A DNA stretch of 64,000 nucleotides, taken from IMG/VR virus record IMGVR_UViG_3300033412_000004, positions 27,613 to 91,612 of that record; one strand, 5' to 3'. The notes below the pieces were generated by a model, which saw nothing but the letters and a program-made list of their open reading frames with translations, had not been told where the DNA came from and did not search any database. This document shows, one piece after another, positions 48,243-58,222 of this stretch. The position numbers and the translations under genes were made by a program. Numbering within the stretch: position 1 is the first letter of the stretch; each line of letters opens with the position of its first letter. This stretch comes from a virus.

Positions 48243-49241
48243 ATGCGGTTCAGGATCAGTGAGCTCCGCCAGCTCATCAGTGAAGCCCTTCGAAAGGCGT
48301 ACGAGATCTTGGGTGTGAGCCCGGATGCTAGCGCCGAGCAGATCAAGAAGGCGTACCGTGAAAAGGCGATCGCGCTGCATCCTGACCGCAATGCTGGCAA
48401 GGACACAGGAGCTGACATGGTCAAGCTCAATGTGGCCTACGGACTCCTGTCCGACCCTGACAAGCGCCGCAAGTACGACCTAATGGGCGACAAGACCCTG
48501 GGTGATGCAGGGGGCGGATTTGGCTACGGTGGGCCCCCGCCGCCGCGGCGACCCGATCCCTACTCACCTCCGCCTCGTCCGCGTCCTCAGCCTCCGCCGC
48601 CTCGTCCGCAATCACCGCCCCCGCCGCGTTCGACGAAGCGCTATTTCACCTACTACGGCTCGTCGCCGGGCGGTCGTGGCTCTCGCAAGTTCTGGTGGGT
48701 TGAACCCAACTTCGACGGCAACTACAGCGTCAGGGTGGGCTTCGGTCGCATCGGGTCGCCGGGCCAGACGCAGGTCCAAGGCTTCGGCAGCAGCTCGGAG
48801 ATGTGGAAGTGGTTGTCGCGGATGATCAACTCGAAGCTCGACAAGGGCTACCGCGAGACCAACGCCCCGCCGGGCGGCGGTCCCGCACCGCGCAATGCTG
48901 CACCCCCTCCGCCTCCTCCGAAGGCGAAGGCAGAGCCCGCGCCGGGTCCGGAGAAGCCCAAGGAGCCATCGGCTCCGCGCGATCCCAACACCTACAAGGT
49001 CTACGGTCGCAAGGGAAGCGCACCAGTTCACACTCGATACAAGAGCAAGGTCTATGTCGGTCCGCCCGACAGCAAGTTCAAGTCGGGCCAGCGCGCCACC
49101 GTTGCCTTGGGCAGCGATGGCCGCCTCAGCATCCATGACCCCGCAACGGGTCACACGCAACATTGGACGGCAGAAAGCTTCGCCGCGCTCATTGATGAGC
49201 TGTTGGTCGAGGACTTGCTTTCTGTCGGCCGAAAGGAATAG
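48243..49241 (+). CDS. J-domain + WGR-like domain + shared C-terminal domain protein
   Basis: Leader MRFRISELRQLISE; YEILGV..IKKAYR...HPD; KFW...FGRIG..GQ...KLDKGY; YKVY domain. Confidence 0.85.
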   Translation: MRFRISELRQLISEALRKAYEILGVSPDASAEQIKKAYREKAIALHPDRNAGKDTGADMVKLNVAYGLLSDPDKRRKYDLMGDKTLGDAGGGFGYGGPPPPRRPDPYSPPPRPRPQPPPPRPQSPPPPRSTKRYFTYYGSSPGGRGSRKFWWVEPNFDGNYSVRVGFGRIGSPGQTQVQGFGSSSEMWKWLSRMINSKLDKGYRETNAPPGGGPAPRNAAPPPPPPKAKAEPAPGPEKPKEPSAPRDPNTYKVYGRKGSAPVHTRYKSKVYVGPPDSKFKSGQRATVALGSDGRLSIHDPATGHTQHWTAESFAALIDELLVEDLLSVGRKE

Positions 49242-49249
49242 TTACTGTC

Positions 49250-49510
49250 ATGAGCCTATCCGTTCTCGAAGTCGGTGCATACCTTTCAGCTGGTCTCCTC
49301 GCGGCGACCCGGCTGCTCTCAGTCGCGAAGCCGCTCTGGGACAAGTTGCCCAGGGTCGTCGCCGTCGCCCTCCCGGTCGTCGTGGCGTCCTTGCCTCTCC
49401 TCGCGGAGAAGGCGGGACTCATCAAGACCGAGGTCGACCTGGTCGGTTTTGGCGTGACTGCTCTGGCGCTCCTGGTGCCGGGCATCGCCGAGGCTGAGAA
49501 GGACGCCTGA
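49250..49510 (+). CDS. Small membrane protein (holin-like)
   Basis: Three hydrophobic segments; TAGTTA 5 nt upstream. Confidence 0.45.
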   Translation: MSLSVLEVGAYLSAGLLAATRLLSVAKPLWDKLPRVVAVALPVVVASLPLLAEKAGLIKTEVDLVGFGVTALALLVPGIAEAEKDA

Positions 49511-49564
49511 TCCTCAACATCGCAGCGAATTGGCCCAGCAATGGGCCTTTCGCGTTTAAGCGGT

Positions 49565-49593
49565 TGTAGCTTCGAGGCCGCGCGGGGTAAGAT
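49565..49593 (+). promoter_or_regulatory. dnaE promoter (leaderless class)
   Basis: TGTAGC-N17-TAAGAT-N5-ATG. Confidence 0.6.
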
Positions 49594-49598
49594 GCGGC

Positions 49599-52500
49599 AT
49601 GCCGCGCGTCCCGGCCCGCTTTGTCGGCCTCCACAATCACACAGGTTTTTCACCCTTTGACGGATTGGGATATCCGGACGAGCACTTCCGTTGGTGCCTA
49701 GAGAACGGCATCGACGCTCACGCGATCACTGAACATGGGAACATGAACTCATATGCCCACGCTCAGCTGTGGGTCGAGGATTGGGCCAAGAGCAACAAGG
49801 ACAAGAAGTTCAAGTACATTCCAGGCGTTGAGGCGTACTTCCACCCCGACCTGGACCAGTGGCAGCGCGACAAGCTCGATGCCGACCAGGCCGCAGTCGA
49901 CAAGAAGGCGGCCGAGAAGCTCCGCAAGCAACAGGAGAAGCTGCAGACCAAGATCATCGCCGTCACCGACGAGAACGATGAGACTGAGGACATCGAGATG
50001 TCCAACGCTCTCACCATCGAGAATGAGGAAGAGAGCAAGAGCACCAAGCACTTCAACCCGGTCAACCGGCGCCACCACTTGGTCCTGCTGCCGAAGAACC
50101 AGAAGGGCCTCCAGAAAATCTTTGGGGCCGTCAGCCAAGGCTACCTCAAGGGATTCTACAAGTTCCCCAGAATCGACACCAGCATGTTGAAGGAGGCGGC
50201 CAAAGGCGGTGACGTCATCGCCGTCTCAGCCTGCATCGCTGGAATGCCAGCGTTCAACGTCTTCCGGGAGCTGCAGAAGATCAAGTTCGAGGAGATGTCG
50301 CACAAGCTCCTTGACGACAAGGTGCTGCTGGAGAAGTGCGTCACCGCAGTGGGCAACGCCTACGACCTGATGGTGGGAGCGCTGGGCGAGGGCAACTACT
50401 TCCTAGAGCTGCAGTTCAACAAGTTGGAGGCGCAGAACCTCGTCAACCGCGCCATCATCGAGTTCGTCCGCCGCAACGGCCTGCAGAAGCAGCTGGTGGT
50501 GACGTGTGATGCCCACTATGCCAAGCCCGACTTCTGGCGTGAGCGTGAGCTCTACAAGAAGCTGGGGTGGATGAACTACAAGACAATCACCGCCGATGCA
50601 CTGCCCAAGTCGAGGGAAGAGCTGAAGTGTGAGCTGTATCCGAAGAACGCCCAGCAGGTGTGGGATGAGTACCAGCGGGCGAAGGTGGGTGCTGATTGGT
50701 ACGATGACGACCTCGTCGCCGATGCCATCGAACGGACCCACGACATCGCCCACATGGTCATCGGTGAGGTGCCTCCCGACCGGACACCCAAGTTTCCTAA
50801 CGAGCGGTTGATCCCGCCGGGTGAGAAGTCGTTCAACTACCTCGTCAAGCTGTGCAAGGAAGGTTTGGCCAAGCGAGGCCTGCAGGACAAGGAGGAGTAC
50901 CGCGCCCGCCTCCTCGAAGAGCTTGGCGTCATCAAGACGATGAAGAACTCTGACTACTTCATCTCCTACCAGAAGATCATGGAGCTCGCCCGCGAGGTGT
51001 GCCTCGTCGGACCGGCCCGCGGCTCCGGTGGTGGCTCACTCGTTGCCTACGTCCTGTACATCACCGACTTGGACCCGCTGAAGTGGGATTTGCCGTTTGC
51101 CCGCTTCCTCAGCGTCTACCGCAAGGGAGCGCCGGACATTGACACCGACCTGGCCGACCGCGACAAGGTGCTGGAGCAGCTCCGCGCCTTCTTTGGTTGG
51201 GACAACGTCGTTCCCATCAGCAACTACAACACCTTCAAGCTGAAGACGCTGGTCAAGGACATCGGCAAGTTCTACGGCGTCTCCTTCGAGGAAACCAACG
51301 CGGCGACTCGCACCGTGGAAGAGGAAGTCCGCAAGGCGACCACCAAGCACGGTGATGACAAGAATCTATTCGTCTTGAAGTACGAAGATGCCATCGTGCA
51401 CTCAAAAAGCTTCAAGGCGTTCATCGACAAGTACCCGCAGGTCGCAGAATCTATTCAGACTCTATTCAAGCAGAACCGCTCGTTGGGCCGCCACGCTGGT
51501 GGCGTGCTCATCGCCGACGACCTGCCCAACAAGATGCCGTTGGTCACGTCGAAGGGAAAGGGTGACGTCAGAGAGCCACAGTCGCCGTGGGTCGAAGGCG
51601 TCAACTTCAAGCACCTAGAGAAGATCGGCGAGTTCATCAAGTACGACCTGCTCGGCCTTGAAACCCTACGCCTCATTGAGCGTACCATCGAACTGATCCT
51701 CATCAAGGAAGGCAATCCCTCCCCGACCTTCAAGGACGTCAAGGCGTGGTACGAGGCACACATGCATCCGTCGGTCATTGACTTCGACGATCCGAAGCCG
51801 TACGAGGTCTACGCGGAAGGAAAGTGGGCCGGCATCTTCCAGCTGACGTCGCAGGGTGCTCAGCGTCTCTTCATCAAGGCCAAGCCGCAGAGCGTCATCG
51901 ACATCGCGACCCTGACGTCAATCTACCGGCCTGGTCCACTAGCGGCCAACGTCGACAAGCTCTACTTGGAAGCCCGTGAAGGCAAGGAGCTGGATTGGGG
52001 CGACCTACGCATCAACGCCATCCTCAAGAAGACCAACACCTGCATCATCTTTCAGGAACAGGTCATGGAGTTGGCTGAGAAGTGCGCCGGCTTCCCCAAG
52101 GAGCAGTGCGACGAGGTGCGCCGCGCCATCATGAAGCGCAGCATCTCCGGCGGTGAAGCGGCCAAGAAGGCGGCACAGGAAACTCGCGACGGCTTCGTCA
52201 AAGGCTGCGTCAAGAACGGCTACACTGAGTCCGTCGCCAACAATCTCTACGACAAGATCCTCTACTTCGCTGGTTACGGCTTCAACAAGTCGCACGCTGT
52301 GGCCTATGCCATCGACAGCTTCTGGTGCTCTTGGTTGATGACGTACTATGAAGAGCAGTGGATGTCAGCCTACCTGGAGGCGATGTCGGGCACCCCGGAG
52401 AAGCGAGCCAAGGCGTTCGGTGAAGCGCGGGACCTGGGTTACAAGTTCGTGGACATCGACATCAATCATGCCAGCAAGGCGTGGTCAGTGTTGCCTGGCA

Positions 52501-53234
52501 AGCGGTTCATGCCCAGCTTCCTGTCGTGCAAGGGCGTGGGCGAGTCAGCCGTCGATGAAATCCTGGCCAACCGTCCGTACAACACCATCGAAGAGATGTT
52601 GTGGAACGAGGACGGAACTTGGAAGCACAGCAAGTTCAACAAGAAGGCATTGGAGGCGCTCATCCGCATCGGCGCCTTTCAGTCGATGGACCTCATCGGC
52701 CCGGACAAGCTGTTCGCCAACTACCACCACATGCACCACGTCCTGATCGAGTACCAGGACCTCATCAAGAAGACGTCGAAGAAAGACCCACACATCGGTC
52801 GCAAGAACTTCTATGAACTGGCACGGAAGACTCACGCTGAAACTCCAGCGTGGACGGTACAGGAAGAGGCCGAGTTTCAGGTGGAGTACTTTGGTAGCGT
52901 CGATGTCAACAAGATGTACGGCCGCCGCATCGCCTGGTGCAAGCAGAAGGGAGTCAAGCCCATCGATGCGTTGGAACTGGGCGAGGAGGCCAACGTCTGG
53001 TTCTGCGTCCAGGAGGCGATCGTCAAGAAGACTCGTAACGGCAAGGTCTACCTGCAGCTTCAGGTCGTCACCGACTCGGGGAAGGCTCGAGTCAACGTCT
53101 GGGGTTGGAAGGACACGACGACTGAGTTCGAGCCGTATGAGTTCAACCTGGCACAGGCCAAGCGTGACGACTACGGCTGTTCGACGGGTTCGTGGAAATT
53201 GAAGCGACGCATTCCGGAGGTGAGTGATGAGTAA
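49599..53234 (+). CDS. dnaE: DNA polymerase III alpha subunit (family C)
   Basis: PHP HNHT..S..DG, TEHG, CDAHY; RGSGGGS, PDIDTD, HAGG, KYDLLGL, RPGP, YGFNKSHA. Confidence 0.96.
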   Translation: MPRVPARFVGLHNHTGFSPFDGLGYPDEHFRWCLENGIDAHAITEHGNMNSYAHAQLWVEDWAKSNKDKKFKYIPGVEAYFHPDLDQWQRDKLDADQAAVDKKAAEKLRKQQEKLQTKIIAVTDENDETEDIEMSNALTIENEEESKSTKHFNPVNRRHHLVLLPKNQKGLQKIFGAVSQGYLKGFYKFPRIDTSMLKEAAKGGDVIAVSACIAGMPAFNVFRELQKIKFEEMSHKLLDDKVLLEKCVTAVGNAYDLMVGALGEGNYFLELQFNKLEAQNLVNRAIIEFVRRNGLQKQLVVTCDAHYAKPDFWRERELYKKLGWMNYKTITADALPKSREELKCELYPKNAQQVWDEYQRAKVGADWYDDDLVADAIERTHDIAHMVIGEVPPDRTPKFPNERLIPPGEKSFNYLVKLCKEGLAKRGLQDKEEYRARLLEELGVIKTMKNSDYFISYQKIMELAREVCLVGPARGSGGGSLVAYVLYITDLDPLKWDLPFARFLSVYRKGAPDIDTDLADRDKVLEQLRAFFGWDNVVPISNYNTFKLKTLVKDIGKFYGVSFEETNAATRTVEEEVRKATTKHGDDKNLFVLKYEDAIVHSKSFKAFIDKYPQVAESIQTLFKQNRSLGRHAGGVLIADDLPNKMPLVTSKGKGDVREPQSPWVEGVNFKHLEKIGEFIKYDLLGLETLRLIERTIELILIKEGNPSPTFKDVKAWYEAHMHPSVIDFDDPKPYEVYAEGKWAGIFQLTSQGAQRLFIKAKPQSVIDIATLTSIYRPGPLAANVDKLYLEAREGKELDWGDLRINAILKKTNTCIIFQEQVMELAEKCAGFPKEQCDEVRRAIMKRSISGGEAAKKAAQETRDGFVKGCVKNGYTESVANNLYDKILYFAGYGFNKSHAVAYAIDSFWCSWLMTYYEEQWMSAYLEAMSGTPEKRAKAFGEARDLGYKFVDIDINHASKAWSVLPGKRFMPSFLSCKGVGESAVDEILANRPYNTIEEMLWNEDGTWKHSKFNKKALEALIRIGAFQSMDLIGPDKLFANYHHMHHVLIEYQDLIKKTSKKDPHIGRKNFYELARKTHAETPAWTVQEEAEFQVEYFGSVDVNKMYGRRIAWCKQKGVKPIDALELGEEANVWFCVQEAIVKKTRNGKVYLQLQVVTDSGKARVNVWGWKDTTTEFEPYEFNLAQAKRDDYGCSTGSWKLKRRIPEVSDE

Positions 53235-53766
53235 GCAACGACTGGTGTTCTTCGTCGGTCCTGACATGTGTGGCAAGACCGAGATCTCGAAGGAGACGTC
53301 GCGTCGCCTGGAGATTCCGTACTTCAAGGCGACCTCGGAGCACACGTCCTTTCTGTCGTCCAGGGTGTCGAGGAACGACCAGTTTCTCAACCAACTGCGG
53401 TTCGCCGACCCACGTGTCCTCGACATCCTCCGCCAGACGGGCCACAGCGTCATCTTTGACCGAGGCTTTCCGTGTGAATACGCCTACTCCAAGGTGTTCG
53501 GCCGCGAGACCGACGAGGTGATGCTGCGACACGTCGACGAGGCGTACGCTGCTTTGGGCGCCATCATCGTCTTCTGTCACCGGTCATCCTACGCCGGCAT
53601 CACCGATGACCTCGACCCCACGGTCGGTCAGGAGCTGCTGGACAAGCTCCACGCCGCGTATGAGGACTTCGCCAGTTGGACCAAGTGTCGCCTGCTGCGG
53701 CTCAATGTCGATGATGAGAACCTGGACCGGGAGGTGCGGGACATCATCAACTTCGTGAAGCCATGA
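53227..53766 (+). CDS. Deoxynucleoside monophosphate kinase (second; candidate hm-dCMP kinase)
   Basis: GPDMCGKT P-loop, FDRGFPCEYAY. Confidence 0.75.
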   Translation: MSKQRLVFFVGPDMCGKTEISKETSRRLEIPYFKATSEHTSFLSSRVSRNDQFLNQLRFADPRVLDILRQTGHSVIFDRGFPCEYAYSKVFGRETDEVMLRHVDEAYAALGAIIVFCHRSSYAGITDDLDPTVGQELLDKLHAAYEDFASWTKCRLLRLNVDDENLDREVRDIINFVKP

Positions 53767-54212
53767 AGGCGTGCTTGGGATGTGGCAAGGAGGTCGAACC
53801 GTACCTCAACTTCTGCAGTTGGGAGTGTCACATCGATCTCACCAAGCGAGAAGGTGGCAAGGTCCACTGTCCCAACGGATTGCCCATTCGCTGCATCACT
53901 CGTGATGGCCTGATGATCGAATGTGAACATGGCGACCACCCGGATTACAAGTTTCCAGTCGTCGCACAATACGTGGGCAGCGATCCCAACAAGTTCAAGG
54001 ACGAGCACCACGACAGCAGCACCGAGCTCCATGCGCTCATCTACACCGACGGTGTCGTCGCTCTGACGATATACGAGTGTTGCTACACGTTGTGGAGTGT
54101 CAGCGACGGCTCCGTATTGAGGGAGCACTTGTGGTACAAGAAAGGCGAGTGGCGACTCAACTTGTTGTCGCTCACACAGATCCAGGAATTCGCAAAGGGG
54201 AAGACGACATGA
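53763..54212 (+). CDS. Hypothetical Cys/His-rich protein
   Basis: CLGCG..FCS.EC; ATGA overlaps on both sides. Confidence 0.6.
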   Translation: MKACLGCGKEVEPYLNFCSWECHIDLTKREGGKVHCPNGLPIRCITRDGLMIECEHGDHPDYKFPVVAQYVGSDPNKFKDEHHDSSTELHALIYTDGVVALTIYECCYTLWSVSDGSVLREHLWYKKGEWRLNLLSLTQIQEFAKGKTT

Positions 54213-55531
54213 AGAGGATGTTGATCCAGACGCAGCTGTCCAACTACGACACCAAAGGCAAGTTCATCCTGGAGTGCGACTCGGGTTGGCAGATGGTGAT
54301 GGGTCGGGTCCGCGTCATGTTGAAGCTGTGTCCCGACCTCGACATCACAGTGATGGGCCCTGACATGGACGAAGGCCATGAACAGTGCATCACCCACCCG
54401 GTCGATGTCAATCCCGACTTGTGGGAAAAGTACGGCGCTGACGGCGAGAATCGCCTCCACTACATCGGCCACCGCATCATTCCCAACGCCTTGGTGACCC
54501 GGTACGACTTCGACTGGACCGGGTTGGCCGTCGGCCTCAACCTGGGCATGCAGAAGATCAATCAGGCGCCCAGGTGGGACATCGTCTACATCAACGACCC
54601 GATGCACCTTCGCAACTTCCGGGCAATGTTCTTCGTCGTCGCCGGCTACACACCCAAGTTCGTCGTCCACTCCCACTTCATCGACAATCCAACGTGTCCC
54701 AAGTTCCCGAAGGAGGCGTCGCTGTGGTTGGGCCAGTGTGAGGCGGCGATCAGGGCCGACGTCAACTTCTGGCAGTGTGAGTCAGCGATGGAGGTCTTCT
54801 TCCAGGAGATGAAGGACTTCTTCTCTCAGTCGGTCGTCGATTACACTCGGGCCAAGTCGTCGCCTTGGGACGACGGCTACTCCTCCGAGGAGATCAACGT
54901 ACCGGTCGACATGTCGAACCTGCGGTTCGACCCAAACGTCTTCCAGCAGTGGCGAGAGCAGGGGAAGCGAGTCATCTTCGTTCCCAACCGCATCGGCGGC
55001 CGTGGCAGGTCGAGCGACTATACCAACTGCGGCAAGTTCATGTTTGACATCCTGCCGCAGCTGCGGAAGCGAAGGGATGACTTCGTCGTCCTGGCGGGCA
55101 ATCCAAGTCAGAAGTTCTTCAACCATGAGCTGGAGGCTGAGTGTGGGCCCAACGGCTACGTCAGCCTAGTGCCCGATGCCTTCAACCGTGACGAGTTCAA
55201 GTACGTGGCCCGCAACAGCGCCATCGCCGTCGGCCTCTACGACCAGGACAGCTACGGCGGTACCGTGGCGAGGGAGTGCATCGACCTCGGGTGTTTGCCT
55301 CTGTGGATCGACAACTACGAGTATGCTCGGTTGGCACAAGGCTATCCCTTCTTGGCCAAGCCCGACTTTTCGGACATCGTCGATAAAGCTAGCTTCCAAC
55401 TGGAGGTGTTGAGGAGCGGGGATGCTCGTGGCGCCGCTCGGTGGTTGCAACTCCTCCGTGACACGGTCAAGCGCCGGTGTTCATACGAGGAGACGACTCC
55501 GGAGGCAATGAGGCGCATGGGCCTGCTCTGA
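54209..55531 (+). CDS. GT-B glycosyltransferase (candidate DNA glycosyltransferase)
   Basis: VVHSH, IFVPNR, DSYGG.VAREC..LGCLP C-terminal motif; co-transcribed with dnaE and kinase. Confidence 0.6.
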   Translation: MKRMLIQTQLSNYDTKGKFILECDSGWQMVMGRVRVMLKLCPDLDITVMGPDMDEGHEQCITHPVDVNPDLWEKYGADGENRLHYIGHRIIPNALVTRYDFDWTGLAVGLNLGMQKINQAPRWDIVYINDPMHLRNFRAMFFVVAGYTPKFVVHSHFIDNPTCPKFPKEASLWLGQCEAAIRADVNFWQCESAMEVFFQEMKDFFSQSVVDYTRAKSSPWDDGYSSEEINVPVDMSNLRFDPNVFQQWREQGKRVIFVPNRIGGRGRSSDYTNCGKFMFDILPQLRKRRDDFVVLAGNPSQKFFNHELEAECGPNGYVSLVPDAFNRDEFKYVARNSAIAVGLYDQDSYGGTVARECIDLGCLPLWIDNYEYARLAQGYPFLAKPDFSDIVDKASFQLEVLRSGDARGAARWLQLLRDTVKRRCSYEETTPEAMRRMGLL

Positions 55532-55592
55532 CACTTTTTGGTTTCCAAAGTGAACTAGTCATGGTAAGGTGCGCCTCATAAGGAGGTTCACC

Positions 55593-55877
55593 ATGAGCCA
55601 GAATCTGAAGAAGTGGGACGAGAACACCATCCGTTCGTACTTGCAGGAGGAGTTCCCTCAAGCGGGCGTCGAGTTGGTGACGAAGGTCACTGCGGCCATC
55701 ATGGCCGAAGGGCAAGACCGCATCGAGAACGTGCTTGGCACGTATCGCAGCGGCAAGCAATTCGGTTCCCAGAGCCGCTTCGGCGAGTTCAATCACACCA
55801 ACAGCCTCCAGGTCGGTGCAATGCTCGAAGGCGTTCATCGTCGGTTCATCGGAGGCACCTACAACCGCGAACGGTAG
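55593..55877 (+). CDS. Hypothetical protein
   Basis: Strong SD TAAGGAGG; followed by terminator. Confidence 0.7.
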   Translation: MSQNLKKWDENTIRSYLQEEFPQAGVELVTKVTAAIMAEGQDRIENVLGTYRSGKQFGSQSRFGEFNHTNSLQVGAMLEGVHRRFIGGTYNRER

Positions 55878-55900
55878 CAGAACCTCCTCTGTGACCGGGT

Positions 55901-55932
55901 GCCCCCGGGGCGAAAGCTCCGGGGGCTTTTTT
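55901..55932 (+). terminator. Rho-independent terminator
   Basis: GCCCCCGGGGC-GAAA-GCTCCGGGGGC followed by T6. Confidence 0.9.
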
Positions 55933-55970
55933 ACGTGAGTACACTTGCGTTCTGTGAGTTACGATGAAAC

Positions 55971-56501
55971 GTGAGCTGTTACTGCGGTGACAAGGACTGT
56001 CCTCAGTGCAACCCCGAGGCTAAGAAGCGTTTCTGGCCCGAAAAGGAAAAGAAGTCGCCGCTGGAGGGTCTTGCAGAAGCGTTGAAGAAGATGACTCCTG
56101 AAGAGAAGGAGAAGTGGCGCAATGAAGCCTTGGAGCGAGCCAAGAAGGCTCGCGAGGACGAGGAGCGCAAACGCAACGAGCCTCCCAAGTCAAAGACTGG
56201 GACGTGCGTCGTCTGCCGCGGCAAGGTCGAGGGTGAGTATGTCCACGGTCTACGTCCAGGAGTGGACTCGCGCTTCGTCCCAATCGGCCCGGGCGGTCGC
56301 CAGTACTACGGTTGGCAGTTCAAGGGGTACCACTGCACTCGGTGCGGGCTCTCCTACAAGTTCCCACCGCCAGACGGAATAATTACTGGTCAGGGAGACG
56401 CGCATGAAACTGTCGGACCTTCGGAAACTGATCAAGGAAGAGATCGAACAAGCCCTCGACGAAGCAGAAGGGGCAGGAAAGTCAGCTCCGAAGACGTTTG
56501 A
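55971..56501 (+). CDS. Hypothetical Cys-rich protein
   Basis: Several CxxC motifs; 3' end overlaps next gene. Confidence 0.55.
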   Translation: MSCYCGDKDCPQCNPEAKKRFWPEKEKKSPLEGLAEALKKMTPEEKEKWRNEALERAKKAREDEERKRNEPPKSKTGTCVVCRGKVEGEYVHGLRPGVDSRFVPIGPGGRQYYGWQFKGYHCTRCGLSYKFPPPDGIITGQGDAHETVGPSETDQGRDRTSPRRSRRGRKVSSEDV

Positions 56502-57237
56502 GGAGTTCCGCAAGGCGATCGGCGCCGCGGCCAAACAGGCTGGCGCTCCTGAGGACTTCGTTGATGAAATCCTCGACGTTGGCTACGAGGGTGGTGGCGT
56601 AGCCTCCGCGTTGGGCAGCGGCTGGAACAACTACTCGTACGAGCTGCGCGACATCAAGGACCCCGCTGAACTGTGGGACACCTTCATCTACTACGCTCAC
56701 GATGCGATCGTTGACGCTGTCGGCGAGTACACGAATGCATGGAACTACGCTCCGGGTCGAAAGGCCGGCGGACGCTTCGACGCTGGTGACTTGGCGGGCC
56801 GGGTCGAGAAGATCTTGAGCGGTGCCAAGATGAAGCGCGCCGACAAGGGTCCGCTGAAGCGGGTGTCAGGCGACATCAACGCGCAGGACATCATGTCGAA
56901 GCTCGCGGCGATCATGAAGAGCGAGTCCAAGACGACCAAGACCCGAATGGGCAAGGTCTCCGGCAATGCCAGCTCGAATCCGGCGCTGGACATTTCTGAT
57001 CCGAAGGTCAAGGACGTCAATGGGATGATGGCCTTTGCGTCCGAGCAGGTCGCCAAGATTCTGACGGAGCTGGGCTGCATTGACGTCAAGGAGCACAACG
57101 TCGGCGGTGAAGACGCAGGCGTCACGGCGAAGGTCCATGACGTCGATTCAGGCATTCGCAAGAACATTTATGTGGACTTCGAGAACGTGGGTCCGGGCAA
57201 GATGCGTGTCTGGGTCGGTGTTGAGGAAGGCCGCTGA
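56404..57237 (+). CDS. Late protein with LRKLIKEE leader
   Basis: MKLSDLRKLIKEEIE; TAATTA at 56380; SD GGGAG. Confidence 0.7.
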   Translation: MKLSDLRKLIKEEIEQALDEAEGAGKSAPKTFEEFRKAIGAAAKQAGAPEDFVDEILDVGYEGGGVASALGSGWNNYSYELRDIKDPAELWDTFIYYAHDAIVDAVGEYTNAWNYAPGRKAGGRFDAGDLAGRVEKILSGAKMKRADKGPLKRVSGDINAQDIMSKLAAIMKSESKTTKTRMGKVSGNASSNPALDISDPKVKDVNGMMAFASEQVAKILTELGCIDVKEHNVGGEDAGVTAKVHDVDSGIRKNIYVDFENVGPGKMRVWVGVEEGR

Positions 57238-57263
57238 ACTCTTGACAACGTGGGGCGTACAAT
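57235..57263 (+). promoter_or_regulatory. Epimerase/hydroxymethylase operon promoter (leaderless class)
   Basis: TGAACT-N17-TACAAT-N6-ATG. Confidence 0.6.
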
Positions 57264-57269
57264 CGCTCC

Positions 57270-58220
57270 ATGCGAGTTCTTGTCACCGGCGGAGCCGGTT
57301 TCATCGGATCGAATTTGGTCGGTCGTCTCCTTGCCGAAGGAGATCGAGTCGACGTTGTGGACGACTTGTCCAACGGACACCTGCAGTTCGTCCCCAAGGG
57401 ACAGAACTGTCGAGTTGAAGACTTCGCCAGTCCGGCGTCGCTGCAGCGAATCCACGACGGCAACTACGAGGTGATCTACCACCTGGCGGCACTGCCACGG
57501 GTCAGCTACTCTGTCGAGAAGCCGTTCGACACCCACCTCGTCAACGTCTGTCGCACCGTCAGGATGCTGGATTCAGCCCGAGGCAACGTCGGCCGCATCG
57601 TGTTCGCCTCGTCCTCGTCGGTCTATGGTGGCGCTGACAAGCTGCCCACCCCGGAGACCTTCGAGCGCAATCCTCGCTCGCCTTACGCCCTCCAGAAGGC
57701 CCAGGGCGAGGACTACCTGAAGATGTTCTATGAGTTGTACGGCCTCGACTCGGCCTGCATGCGATTCTTCAACGTCTTCGGACCCAACCAGCTCGGTGAT
57801 TCACCCTACGCCACCGCGGTGTCGGCGTGGCTGTCGGCGATCAAGAAGGGAAAGCCCATGCGGTCCGACGGCGACGGCACCCAGAGCCGCGACATGTGCT
57901 ACGTCGACAATGTCGTCGATGCCTGCATCCGTGCGGCCCGGCACCCGGAACCTCTGAAGGCCGAGTGCTTCAACGTGGCGTGCGGCGACAGGACGACCAA
58001 CAATGAAATCCTCGAGTACTTGATGAAGCGGTACCCGGGAGCAACGAAGGTGGATGCACCATGGCGACCGGGAGATGTGATGCACACGCAGGCCAACGTC
58101 AACAAGGCGAAGAAGGTTCTCGGGTACAAGCCGTTGGTCAAGTTCTGGGACGGCCTGGAGCGGACCATCGAGTGGGTCGAGAACACGCCCGAGTTCACGT
58201 CGCTCGGACTACGGATCTGA
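57270..58220 (+). CDS. NAD-dependent nucleotide-sugar 4-epimerase (extended SDR)
   Basis: TGGAGFIGS, SSSSVYG, PYALQK, FNVFGP, GDGTQSRD. Confidence 0.9.
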   Translation: MRVLVTGGAGFIGSNLVGRLLAEGDRVDVVDDLSNGHLQFVPKGQNCRVEDFASPASLQRIHDGNYEVIYHLAALPRVSYSVEKPFDTHLVNVCRTVRMLDSARGNVGRIVFASSSSVYGGADKLPTPETFERNPRSPYALQKAQGEDYLKMFYELYGLDSACMRFFNVFGPNQLGDSPYATAVSAWLSAIKKGKPMRSDGDGTQSRDMCYVDNVVDACIRAARHPEPLKAECFNVACGDRTTNNEILEYLMKRYPGATKVDAPWRPGDVMHTQANVNKAKKVLGYKPLVKFWDGLERTIEWVENTPEFTSLGLRI

Positions 58221-58222
58221 AG

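Noticed and set aside
57242-57263. TTGACA...TACAAT as a canonical sigma70 promoter
   Set aside because: The spacer is only 10 nt; TGAACT at 17 nt fits the recurrent promoter class
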